DNA from: an uncultured Chloroflexia bacterium
GTDB taxonomy: Bacteria; Chloroflexota; Limnocylindria; QHBO01
DNA: 64,000 nt
Direction of reading: 5' to 3'
NCBI GenBank assembly: GCA_963825525.1
Contig: CAWGTN010000002.1
Location: 640,001-704,000, forward strand
The notes below the pieces were generated by a model. It did not search any database, was not told the origin of the DNA, and was given only the letters and a program-made list of their open reading frames with translations. Below are positions 1 to 8,722 of this stretch, piece after piece (position 1 is the stretch's first letter; every line of letters starts with the position of its first letter). The translations under genes and the position numbers were made by a program.

Positions 1-2
1 CG

Positions 3-362
3 GTCGGCGACCGGATTGCGGACCGGGTCGTGGGTGAGCGGCGGACGCGGCGCCTCGAGGCGTCCGCCATCGTCGTCCCCGGGCACGGGGGCCTGTCGGG
101 ATACCTCGGGACGCTGAAAGCCCACACAGATGACTTCATGGCGTGGGACGGTCGCGTGGTCGCGTTCGAGTCGGACGGCGAGCCGGAACATCGGGTCGTG
201 GTGATCGATCGTTACGGCCAGGTCTACGAGGCCGTCACGTCCGGCGACGCCTCGGATCTCCCATCGGCACATGCACTCGAAGAGTGGTTCCGGTTCCTGG
301 CCACGGCCTGCCCGGAATGTGGGGTGCTCGACGACCCGCGCAGCCGGGACTGGACGCCGTAG
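3..362 (+). CDS. Redoxin/thioredoxin-like fold protein, 5' partial at window edge
   Basis: Frame open from window start; 'VVVIDRYGQVY' and C-terminal 'ACPECG' resemble AhpC/TSA-like proteins. Confidence 0.5.
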   Translation, partial: VGDRIADRVVGERRTRRLEASAIVVPGHGGLSGYLGTLKAHTDDFMAWDGRVVAFESDGEPEHRVVVIDRYGQVYEAVTSGDASDLPSAHALEEWFRFLATACPECGVLDDPRSRDWTP

Positions 363-445
363 AGGCTCGCTTCGCTGTTCATGGCGCGACGACGGTTACC
401 CGATGGCCGACACGCCGGCCAAGGATGGCCGCGCCGACCGGAGAG

Positions 446-718
446 TCAGCGGAGTCGAGTGCCGTGGGCTCTGCGCGCCACGCGCCCGAGAAGGGACATG
501 GCTTCGGCAAGATCGACACCGAGTGGCTCGAGTGCCCTCCACGCCGCCAGGTACGGTGAGCGGTCCGCGCCCAGGGTCGGGCCCGACTCGATGTCGACCG
601 ATGCGAGCCAGCCGCGGTCGAAGGCCACGAGCCGCATCACGCGCTCCTGGCCTCCAACCATGATCGTTCGGTGCTGTGAGCGCCAGGTGGGCTGTTGAAC
701 GGTCAGGTTGCCGGTCAT
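446..718 (-). CDS. Hypothetical protein (90 aa)
   Basis: ATG at 718 overlaps gdh stop (ATGA), implying translational coupling. Confidence 0.6.
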   Translation of the reverse strand: MTGNLTVQQPTWRSQHRTIMVGGQERVMRLVAFDRGWLASVDIESGPTLGADRSPYLAAWRALEPLGVDLAEAMSLLGRVARRAHGTRLR

Positions 719-1995
719 GGGTAGCGTCCCCGGATCTGGCTTGCCTCGGCGACCCGGGCCACGGCGATGGAGTGAGCGGCCAGTCGGGCGTCGATTCCCT
801 GTCGACGCTGAAGGTCCGCCACCTCGTCGTAGGCGTGGCCGATGACGCGCTCCAGCTGCTCGGCGACCCGTTCCGCGGGCCACGCGAAGGACTGGAGATT
901 CTGCACCCACTCGAAGTAGCTGACGATGACGCCACCCGAGTTGCACAGCACGTCCGGCACGACGATCACGTTCCGCTGGTTGAGGATCGGATCGGCGTCA
1001 GGCGTCACGGGGCCGTTCGCGCCTTCGGCGATCACGCGGGCACGAACCTCGTGCGCGTTGTCGCCGGTGATCTGTCCCTCGAGAGCGGCGAGCACAAGCA
1101 GGTCGACGTCGAGTGCCAGCAGCGCCTCGTTGTCGATCGGCGTCGTGCCGGGAGCCCCGGCAATCGAACCGGTCGAGGCCAGGTGCTGCTTGAGCGCCGC
1201 GTGGTCGATCCCCTGGGGGTTGGCCACGCCGCCACCGATGTCCGTCACGGCCACCAGGCGGCCTCCCCGGGCCTGGATCAGTCGCGCCGCTGCCTCGCCG
1301 ACGTTGCCGAATCCCTGCACCGCGAAGGTGGCACCGCGCATGTCGATGCCGGCCTCTCGCAGGGCTCGTTCCGACGTGAACATGACGCCCATGCCCGTCG
1401 CATCGGCGCGCCCCTCGGAGCCGCCAAGGCCGACCGGCTTGCCGGTCACGACGCCGGGAACCGTGTATCCGGCATGCATGCTGACCGTGTCCATGATCCA
1501 GGCCATGGTCTGCGCGTTGGTCCCCACGTCAGGCGCCGGGATGTCGATCTCGGGGCCGATCACTCCCTGCAGCTCGGTCGCGAAGCGTCGGGTCACGCGC
1601 TCAAGCTCGTGGATGGACAGCTCACGCGGGTCAACCGTCACGCCGCCCTTGGCACCGCCGAACGGAACGTTGACGAGTGCGCACTTCCACGTCATCCACA
1701 TGGCAAGAGCCCGGACTTCATCGATGTCGGTGGCCGGGTGGAATCGGATGCCGCCCTTGGCCGGCCCTCGCGCCATGTTGTGCTGGACGCGATAGCCGGT
1801 GAAGACGCGCGCGGTGCCATCGTCCATGGTCACGGGGAAGTTGACGGTCCACTCGCGCTTCGGCACGCGGAGGAGCGCCCGCGTCTCGTGTGAGAGCTCA
1901 AGGTGATTGGCCGCGCGATCGAACTGGGCCAGGGCCGACTCAATCGCGTTCGGCGTGTGTCCCGTGGTGGCGCGCGGCGCTTCGCTGATTGCCAT
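715..1995 (-). CDS. gdhA: Glu/Leu/Phe/Val dehydrogenase (glutamate dehydrogenase)
   Basis: GPAKGGIRFH, PFGGAKGG, DIPAPDV, QGFGNVG, EGANGP, SYFEWVQN motifs. Confidence 0.95.
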   Translation of the reverse strand: MAISEAPRATTGHTPNAIESALAQFDRAANHLELSHETRALLRVPKREWTVNFPVTMDDGTARVFTGYRVQHNMARGPAKGGIRFHPATDIDEVRALAMWMTWKCALVNVPFGGAKGGVTVDPRELSIHELERVTRRFATELQGVIGPEIDIPAPDVGTNAQTMAWIMDTVSMHAGYTVPGVVTGKPVGLGGSEGRADATGMGVMFTSERALREAGIDMRGATFAVQGFGNVGEAAARLIQARGGRLVAVTDIGGGVANPQGIDHAALKQHLASTGSIAGAPGTTPIDNEALLALDVDLLVLAALEGQITGDNAHEVRARVIAEGANGPVTPDADPILNQRNVIVVPDVLCNSGGVIVSYFEWVQNLQSFAWPAERVAEQLERVIGHAYDEVADLQRRQGIDARLAAHSIAVARVAEASQIRGRYP

Positions 1996-2075
1996 GAATT
2001 ACGGACGTCTCCAAGTTTCGTGGTGTCGTGACCGGCCCGGTGGACCGGCAACCACACGCACGATGCACCCCGTCC

Positions 2076-2113
2076 GTGACAGAACGGGTTGTGCTCCATG
2101 AACGGGACGTAAA
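2076..2113. promoter_or_regulatory. Putative OmpR-family tandem binding boxes (11-bp period)
   Basis: On minus strand TTTAC-n6-TTCAT-n6-CAACC-n6-GTCAC between divergent gdh and TCS. Confidence 0.35.
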
Positions 2114-2131
2114 CGCCGCTATGCTCCAGCC

Positions 2132-3118
2132 ATGTCGCGACCCGAATCCATCGACGACCTGCTGATCCTCCCGATCGTGGCGCTGCTCACCGATGCATCG
2201 GATGCCGCTGAGCTGGCCGCCTCACTCGACAGGCAGGGGCTTCAGATCTCGCCCTCCCGCGTTGAGGACCTGATGGATCGGGCGACGCGTCTGGGCCTGG
2301 CGAACGTCGTCGGATACGAGCGAGGGGCGGCTCGGTACGTGACCACGGCCCTTGGCGAACGCTCGGTTCGCGCATTGCTTGCGAACGACCCCGAGGTGCG
2401 CGTCGGGCTCGAGGAACTGGAGCGGCTCCGGACGGAACTCCTGGCAACGGTCGGCCACGAGCTGCGCACGCCGCTGACAGCCATCCGGACCAGCGCCGGT
2501 CTGCTGCTCGACCCAGGGCTCTCGCCATCCGACGAGCAGCGGCAATCTCTCCTCGCCACCATCGGACGAAGCGCGGATCGGATGCAGCGCCTTCTCTCGG
2601 AGCTGCTCGACCTGGCGCGTCTGCGGTCCGGCAAGGTCGAACTGAAGCGACGGCGCTTCGATGCACGTGAGGTCACGCGCGAGGTCGCATCGGCACTGGA
2701 ACCGATGGCGCATGCGCGCGACCAGCGCGTGACGGTCGACATTCCACTCACCCCGCTGCCGATCCGTGCGGATCGCGCCCGCATCGAGCAGGCCGTCCTC
2801 AACCTCGCCGCCAACGCCCAGAAGTTCTCTCCCGCCGCGGCGGAGATCCTCCTCCGAACGGCGATTGACGCCGATGACCGCGTGCGCTGGACGGTCACCG
2901 ATCACGGTCCCGGGATCGCGAAGGTGGAGCAGGAACGGCTGTTCGAGCGCTTCTTCGTCGGCACCTCGGACCGGCATGGCGCCGGTGACGGTTCGGGCAT
3001 CGGCCTCCCGACCGCGCTGGCGATTGCCCAGGCGCATGGCGGAACGATCGAGGTCGAGAGCACGGTGGGCGAGGGCAGCACCTTCCACCTGGTCGTCCCC
3101 ACGGGCATGAACCAATGA
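2132..3118 (+). CDS. Cytoplasmic sensor histidine kinase (wHTH-like N-terminus, HisKA, HATPase)
   Basis: H-box GHELRTPLT, N-box NLAANAQKF, DHGPGI, GSGIGL; no TM segment. Confidence 0.92.
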   Translation: MSRPESIDDLLILPIVALLTDASDAAELAASLDRQGLQISPSRVEDLMDRATRLGLANVVGYERGAARYVTTALGERSVRALLANDPEVRVGLEELERLRTELLATVGHELRTPLTAIRTSAGLLLDPGLSPSDEQRQSLLATIGRSADRMQRLLSELLDLARLRSGKVELKRRRFDAREVTREVASALEPMAHARDQRVTVDIPLTPLPIRADRARIEQAVLNLAANAQKFSPAAAEILLRTAIDADDRVRWTVTDHGPGIAKVEQERLFERFFVGTSDRHGAGDGSGIGLPTALAIAQAHGGTIEVESTVGEGSTFHLVVPTGMNQ

Positions 3119-3825
3119 AGCTTCTGCTGGTCGACGACGATCCGGAGATCCGTGCCTCGTTGCGCGTGGGTTTCGAGCTGCAATGGCGAGATGTGCACCT
3201 CCTCGAAGCCGCCAACGGTGCCGATGCCCTTCACGCCATCGAATTCGAGCGGCCTGACATCGTGTTGCTTGATGTGGGCCTGCCGGACATCGATGGCTAT
3301 GCGGTGCTCCGCGAGATTCGCGCCTTCTCCGAGGTGCCGGTGATCATGCTGACGGCACGAGACGAGCCGATCGACAAGGTGCGGGGCCTCGAGGCCGGAG
3401 CCGATGACTACGTCGGCAAGCCGTTCGACCACCTCGAGCTCATGGCCCGCGTGCGGGCGGTCCTGCGGCGCATGGATGTGAAGGCGCCGCTGTCCGGGGT
3501 TGCCACGTACCGGCGAGGGGAGCTCGAGATCCACTCCGATGCACGCGAGGCTCGCGTCGGCGGCGCTCGCATTGCCCTCACCTCGACCGAGTGGCGCATC
3601 GTCGAGATTCTCGTCGCCAACGCCGGCTGGATCGTTCCGTACGATCGGATCGCGAACCGGGTCTGGGGGAGGGATGAGCCCTCCGACCTCGACTCACTGC
3701 GGGTGTTCATCCGTCGCCTCCGATCGAAGTTCGGTGATGACGCATCGGCCCCCCGCTACATCGAAACAGCCCGCGGGGTCGGGTATCGGCTTCTCAGCGG
3801 CGACCAGGACCAGCCCGATGGATGA
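3115..3825 (+). CDS. OmpR/PhoB-family response regulator
   Basis: LLVDDD, LLDVGLP, GADDYVGKPF, C-terminal IETARGVGY; ATGA overlap with kinase. Confidence 0.95.
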   Translation: MKLLLVDDDPEIRASLRVGFELQWRDVHLLEAANGADALHAIEFERPDIVLLDVGLPDIDGYAVLREIRAFSEVPVIMLTARDEPIDKVRGLEAGADDYVGKPFDHLELMARVRAVLRRMDVKAPLSGVATYRRGELEIHSDAREARVGGARIALTSTEWRIVEILVANAGWIVPYDRIANRVWGRDEPSDLDSLRVFIRRLRSKFGDDASAPRYIETARGVGYRLLSGDQDQPDG

Positions 3826-3849
3826 CCAGGCGGAAGTTCACGTTAGCCA

Positions 3850-4407
3850 TCAGGGCGCACCGAGATCCAGGTCAACACCCACAATGAGCCCTCCTTCGGT
3901 CACGAAGATGTCGACCGCCCACCATTGCATGCACGTCGTCACCTCGCCCCGATCGGGTTGGATACTCACGACGTGGAGGTCGACCAGCTCGCGAGGCGGG
4001 GGCAACGGCTCATCGGGCGCGGCGCAGCCGCCGTGCCGACCTGCGATGGCCGTGACCGCGCCGGCGTCAGCGACCACGTCGAGAGCGGAGAATGGGCCAA
4101 CCCGTTCCCGAAACCCCTCCGCCCCAGCGTGGATGCGCCAGGCATTCGGGTCCAGCAGCTCAGCGGCCGCCTTGCTCCGGCGCACGTCGCCACCGAGCGC
4201 CAGAGTGATGTCGGGTGCGAGGGGCAGATCAGCGAACGACACCTCGTCACGCGCGACGGCGAACACCATGAAGGCCGATGCGATCGCTTCCGCATCAGGA
4301 GGAGTGACATCGTCCGACGGGCTCGAGTCTGAAGGGCCGCACGCGACAATGACCCCGGCGAGCGCACCGCTGGTGATGATCGTACGGACCTGCCGCATCA
4401 ACGTCAT
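3850..4407 (-). CDS. Hypothetical lipoprotein
   Basis: Signal peptide with lipobox-like IVA-C-G; start could be 4407 or 4398. Confidence 0.6.
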   Translation of the reverse strand: MTLMRQVRTIITSGALAGVIVACGPSDSSPSDDVTPPDAEAIASAFMVFAVARDEVSFADLPLAPDITLALGGDVRRSKAAAELLDPNAWRIHAGAEGFRERVGPFSALDVVADAGAVTAIAGRHGGCAAPDEPLPPPRELVDLHVVSIQPDRGEVTTCMQWWAVDIFVTEGGLIVGVDLDLGAP

Positions 4408-4448
4408 TGTTGCATGGGAACGGGGCGGCGACTCATTGCCAGCTGCCG

Positions 4449-4913
4449 CTATGGGACGATCCCGATCCCGTCCAGCCCTCCAGTCCACGGGTCGAGGCCA
4501 ACGAAGATCATCGCATTGCCGCATGGCAACGGGTCATCGAACACGATGATTCCGTCAAGCGCCTTCCCGTCGGACGAACGCAAGAACTCGGGCGTGGCGT
4601 CCGGATCGGCCAGCTCGAGGCACACCCTGCACGCGTACCCTTCGTCACACCGAATGGTCTCAGTGGCGGCAACATCGAATCCATCCAGTTGAGCCGAGAC
4701 GGACCTTACTGCCTTCTCATACGCGTCGTAGTCAGTCCAGCCCCCGGTCCGATCGATGAGAGACCAGCCGTAGTCGCCCTCGTCCGATGCGAGCGCCTCG
4801 AAGTAGCGCCGAGCCCCATCAAGTGCCATGGCACGGCGCTCCGACGTATCGGCTCCGCCGCATGCCGCGAGCGTTGCGGCGATCGCGAGTGCGGTGGCCG
4901 TTCGGATCAACAA
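4449..4913 (-). CDS. Hypothetical lipoprotein
   Basis: Lipobox LAA-C-G after hydrophobic stretch; start uncertain (TTG assumed). Confidence 0.55.
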   Translation of the reverse strand: MLIRTATALAIAATLAACGGADTSERRAMALDGARRYFEALASDEGDYGWSLIDRTGGWTDYDAYEKAVRSVSAQLDGFDVAATETIRCDEGYACRVCLELADPDATPEFLRSSDGKALDGIIVFDDPLPCGNAMIFVGLDPWTGGLDGIGIVP

Positions 4914-5038
4914 CGGGCGGTCGTTTGGAGCACTGTGCGCAGATCGTACTGGGCAACCACGACTCAAGCCTCTGGAACATCGCGACTTCGTCGACGGGCC
5001 ATGAGGACCGGCGTCATCGGCGACCGGCGAGCGTGAGG

Positions 5039-5115
5039 TGGGGTGGCCTACGGGGCTTGAACCCGTAACCTTCGGAGCCACAATCCGATGCTCTACCGAT
5101 TGAGCTAAGGCCACC
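5039..5115 (-). tRNA. tRNA-His (GUG)
   Basis: GGTGGCCTTAGCTCAATCGGTAGAGCATCGGATTGTGGCTCCGAAGGTTACGGGTTCAAGCCCCGTAGGCCACCCCA: cloverleaf, G-1:C73, encoded CCA. Confidence 0.97.
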
Positions 5116-5206
5116 ACGAAGGCCGCGCGTGGTCACAGCGCGGCGGGCGCTATCGTCGCCGAAACCGATGCGCGGCGCAACCGGACGCACGATCGCCCGC
5201 TGGCCG

Positions 5207-5467
5207 TCAGTCGCGGCGCATCGAACGCAGGACGAACAGGACGAGGATCGAGCCGATCGTCGCGAGGACCAACGCGCCGAGCCACCCCGACGCCTCGTTC
5301 TGGTTGAGCACGTTGACCCACAGGAAGCCGCCGATAAAGCCGCCGACGATGCCCACCAGCATGGTGCCGATGCATCCCATTCGCTCCCGCCCCGGGACGA
5401 AGAAGCCCGCCAGCGCGCCGGCGAGCAGGCCGATGATGATCCAGCCAAAGATCCCGAGATCAGGCAT
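5207..5467 (-). CDS. GlsB/YeaQ/YmgE family stress-response membrane protein
   Basis: WIIIGLLAGALA...GIVGGFIGG, 3 TM pattern; RBS GAAGGAGAG. Confidence 0.9.
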   Translation of the reverse strand: MPDLGIFGWIIIGLLAGALAGFFVPGRERMGCIGTMLVGIVGGFIGGFLWVNVLNQNEASGWLGALVLATIGSILVLFVLRSMRRD

Positions 5468-5515
5468 ATGTCTCTCCTTCAGATGCTGTGCCTCGATGGA
5501 GGCCTGCGCGCAGGA

Positions 5516-5532
5516 TTGCACGGCGTGTGCCG
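5516..5532 (-). promoter_or_regulatory. sigma54-type -24/-12 promoter candidate (CGGCACACGCCGTGCAA)
   Basis: GG-N10-GC about 50 nt upstream of glsB/yeaQ start. Confidence 0.55.
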
Positions 5533-5560
5533 TTGCGGCGCCGCGTTCCGCCGCGATGAG

Positions 5561-6046
5561 CTACGGAGCCGGCGCAGGACCGGTCATGTCGAGGACGATG
5601 CTCCCGGACACCACGTCGGTGGCGATGCGCTCGAGCGCAGGATCGCTGGGGTCGAGCGGGAATCCGCTGAAGTCCCAGGCGCGGCCGTCGCAGTCCAGGA
5701 GGCGATCCGCGCCGATCTCGACGGGGCAGCCTTCACGTCCAGGGCTCGCGGCATTCACCGCGCTGAACGCGCCGGTCGCCGAGGGCGCGACGATGACCGA
5801 CACCTGGACCCGTCCCGACCCGGCCTCGCGCTCGCCGGACCATCCCCCGGACCGGCTCAGGACGAGGTCGCGACGAATCGGTCCGCCGGCGAGCTGGGTC
5901 ACGGATGCCACCGTGACGACGGCGTCGTCACGGGGCGGGGCAACGCTGAAGATCGCTGGCCGCACGAGGAGCGCCACGGCGACGACGGCCAGGGCCACGA
6001 ACAGGCAGCCGACGGCCGCTCGGCGAAACGGAGGCGGATCATCCAT
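5561..6046 (-). CDS. Membrane-anchored Rieske-like protein lacking Fe-S ligands
   Basis: N-terminal TM; AVNAASPGREGCPV...LLDCDGRAWDFSG parallels Rieske boxes I/II. Confidence 0.6.
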   Translation of the reverse strand: MDDPPPFRRAAVGCLFVALAVVAVALLVRPAIFSVAPPRDDAVVTVASVTQLAGGPIRRDLVLSRSGGWSGEREAGSGRVQVSVIVAPSATGAFSAVNAASPGREGCPVEIGADRLLDCDGRAWDFSGFPLDPSDPALERIATDVVSGSIVLDMTGPAPAP

Positions 6047-6725
6047 CGACGTCGGCAGGCACGAGCTCGATGAGGGTCGACCCGGTGCAGTTGTAGAACA
6101 GCGTGCCGTTGAGCCGAGCCGTCCGGTCGTCGATCCCGCGACGAACGAGGGCGGTGTGGCCGTGCAGCCAGAGCGGTGGCGAGAGCCGATCCGCCAGCCA
6201 GCGGAAGGCGGTGAATCCACGATGTGCCCGGTCGTGGTCGTCGTTGACGTCGCGCGGCGGCGCGTGGGTGACCAGGATTACCGGCCGTGCCCGTTGCGCG
6301 GCGCTCCATGCGCCGATGACGCCGGCCCACATGCCGAGCGCCGACACCTGCATGCCGCGACGGTTGTAGATCGGCGAGCCGGAGAACCCGAGAAGGCGCA
6401 GGCCGGCCTCCTCGACCAGGCGGCCATCGGGCATCGGCTCCGGCAGCAGGGCGCGGCCGCTGGCGGTCCACGCCGGCCCATGGTCGTGGTTGCCGCGGAT
6501 GAATCGCAGCGGGGCATGGAACGCATCGGCCACGAACGAGAGGTAGTCCGGCTCGAGGTCACCGGCCCCGATGACGAGGTCCACCTTCCCGATTCCTTCC
6601 CGAGTGGCCGCCGAGTCGAGCGTCGGGTCCGGCTCGTCCGAGATGGCAAGGATGCGAATCGAGCTCCGCGCGGGATCAGTGAACGCCAGCGGGTCCGGCC
6701 ATGGGACCGTGAGCCGATCCGTCAT
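6039..6725 (-). CDS. Calcineurin-like metallophosphoesterase
   Basis: AISD, GAGDL, RGNHD, THAPP, HGH motifs. Confidence 0.9.
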   Translation of the reverse strand: MTDRLTVPWPDPLAFTDPARSSIRILAISDEPDPTLDSAATREGIGKVDLVIGAGDLEPDYLSFVADAFHAPLRFIRGNHDHGPAWTASGRALLPEPMPDGRLVEEAGLRLLGFSGSPIYNRRGMQVSALGMWAGVIGAWSAAQRARPVILVTHAPPRDVNDDHDRAHRGFTAFRWLADRLSPPLWLHGHTALVRRGIDDRTARLNGTLFYNCTGSTLIELVPADVDG

Positions 6726-7342
6726 CGGTCGGGGTCCGTCGCCGCGGGGATGTCGCGCCTCGGAACGTCCTCGGTCGCGCTGCGCTGCTCGACGGTGCGC
6801 GACCGGCGGCCCTGGCCCGCCTGGCGGACCTCGTCCGTGCCGATCAGCGACCCCGCGTCGAGCATGGCGCGACCCGGCTGCGTGCCGGGCAGCAGGAGCT
6901 GGGTCACATCGGCGTCGATCTCGATGCCGCCGTTGACGAGCGCAGCGGCGACCCGGTTGTGGCCGTCGACGACGTAGTAGTCCTCGCCCGCCTGGATGAG
7001 CTCGATCGGCGGCAGCACGTCGAGACGGTCGGTGGCCCTGATGATCCGCTGCCATCGGCCGCGCCAGTTCGCGCCTCGCAGCCGAGGCAGCGGGCGAAAG
7101 TCACGCGTGTTCTGCGATGGATGGCGCACCGTCCCGACGATCCGATCCAGCGGAACGATCTGGAGGCCCAGGCGCCGGCGGGGTGCGCTGCGAGCCGCCG
7201 GATGCACGTCGCCGAGCGACGGCAGAGTGCCGCTCGGCTTGGCGTCACGGCGCCGGCGGAACGAATTCCGCGCACGATCGAAGACCGCTGCCGCCACTAC
7301 GAGGACGGTCAGGCGACTGACGAGGCGACGGAACATCGGCAT
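6722..7342 (-). CDS. ParB/Srx-like N-terminal-domain protein with N-terminal hydrophobic segment
   Basis: VPLDRIVGT...LPPIEL...YYVVDGHNRV motif. Confidence 0.75.
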   Translation of the reverse strand: MPMFRRLVSRLTVLVVAAAVFDRARNSFRRRRDAKPSGTLPSLGDVHPAARSAPRRRLGLQIVPLDRIVGTVRHPSQNTRDFRPLPRLRGANWRGRWQRIIRATDRLDVLPPIELIQAGEDYYVVDGHNRVAAALVNGGIEIDADVTQLLLPGTQPGRAMLDAGSLIGTDEVRQAGQGRRSRTVEQRSATEDVPRRDIPAATDPDR

Positions 7343-7467
7343 GACGTGGATTTCCAGCGGGTCCGATACGGAGCAGCGCGGGTTGCGCACCGTACTATGA
7401 TGCCTTCCCGAGCTTGGGCCATCAGGCCGCCTCTGGCCTGCCGTTGATTCAGGGAGCGTGCTATTCG

Positions 7468-8559
7468 ATGGCAACCGTCACGTTCGACCATATGTACAAG
7501 CGGTACGGCGACGACGTGATCGCCGTCAACGACTTGAACCTCGAGATCGCCGACGGCGAGTTCCTGGTCCTTGTGGGTCCGTCGGGTTGCGGGAAGACGA
7601 CCGCACTTCGCTGCGTGGCCGGCCTCGAGGACATCAGCGACGGTCGGCTCCTCATCGGCGACCGGGTGGTCAACAACGTCGCCCCCAAGGACCGCGACAT
7701 CGCCATGGTCTTCCAGAGCTACGCGCTGTATCCGCACATGACGGTGTACGACAACCTCGCCTTCGGGCTCAAGCTGCGCAAGATGTCGAAGAGCGATATC
7801 GACGCGCGAGTGAAGCAGGGTGCCGGCATCCTGGGCCTGGAGCGCTTCCTGGATCGCAAGCCGAAGGCACTCTCGGGCGGCCAGCGACAGCGCGTGGCGC
7901 TCGGTCGCGCCATCGTCCGCGAGCCGTCGGTGTTCCTCATGGACGAGCCTCTCTCGAACCTGGACGCCAAGCTCCGCGTCCAGACGCGCGCCGAGATTGC
8001 TCGACTCCATCAGAAGCTGGGCACCACCACCGTCTACGTCACGCACGACCAGGTCGAGGCCATGACCATGGGCGACCGGATCTGCGTCATGCGCGACGGC
8101 CTGCTCCAGCAGGTCGGGTCACCGCAGGATCTTTACGACAACCCGGTGAACATCTTCGTGGCCGGCTTCATCGGCTCGCCGTCCATGAACTTCGCCGCCA
8201 CCAAGGCGGAGGGCAAGGACCTCATGTTCGGCGGCGCCAAGCTGGAGCTCAGTGGAGCCCAGGCTCAGGCCGCGGAGTCCCGCCCGGCCGGCGCCGAGGT
8301 TCTCATCGGCTTCCGGCCCGAGCACGTCGAGTTGGCCAACGGCCAGGTCGGTGGCTCCGTTCGATTCCCGGCCAAGGTCGACGTGGTCGAGTACCTCGGG
8401 AATGAGGAGCTTATCCACGCCCAGGCGGAGGGCAGCGAGATCGTCGCGCTGCTCCCGTCCGACCGAAAGGTGCAGGTGGGGGACACGGTGGACCTCGCGG
8501 TTCCCATGGAAAAGCTCCACCTCTTTGATCCCGAGTCGGAGAAGACGCTGGTCGCCTAG
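7468..8559 (+). CDS. Carbohydrate ABC transporter ATPase (MalK/MsmX/UgpC family)
   Basis: GPSGCGKT, LSGGQRQR, FLMDEP, FVAGFIGSP, TOBE C-terminus. Confidence 0.95.
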   Translation: MATVTFDHMYKRYGDDVIAVNDLNLEIADGEFLVLVGPSGCGKTTALRCVAGLEDISDGRLLIGDRVVNNVAPKDRDIAMVFQSYALYPHMTVYDNLAFGLKLRKMSKSDIDARVKQGAGILGLERFLDRKPKALSGGQRQRVALGRAIVREPSVFLMDEPLSNLDAKLRVQTRAEIARLHQKLGTTTVYVTHDQVEAMTMGDRICVMRDGLLQQVGSPQDLYDNPVNIFVAGFIGSPSMNFAATKAEGKDLMFGGAKLELSGAQAQAAESRPAGAEVLIGFRPEHVELANGQVGGSVRFPAKVDVVEYLGNEELIHAQAEGSEIVALLPSDRKVQVGDTVDLAVPMEKLHLFDPESEKTLVA

Positions 8560-8722
8560 GCGTCCATGTCCCGGCTCGACTGAAACATCAACCGTACGGA
8601 GTACAGGGAGCGGAATCTCGCCCGCAGCGCAGATCGGTGCCAATAAGGCCCCGGCGCTGAGATGCAGACATCAGACCCGTGGCATCGGCCACGCAATTTG
8701 GCAGTTCACGTGGAGGAAACGG

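Noticed and set aside
676-1893. Long antisense/shadow ORFs (also 5304..6977, 38606..40495, 41456..43177, 52062..53849, 55420..57000)
   Set aside because: Expected in high-GC DNA overlapping well-supported genes; Arg/Pro-rich with no motifs
3826-3849. GGCTAAC just after a lipoprotein stop, resembling an integron attC R'' site
   Set aside because: No complementary GTTRRRY box at suitable distance, no second attC, no integrase
4914-5117. N-terminal extension of ORF 4449..5117 through the tRNA
   Set aside because: Extension is simply the tRNA-His sequence read as codons
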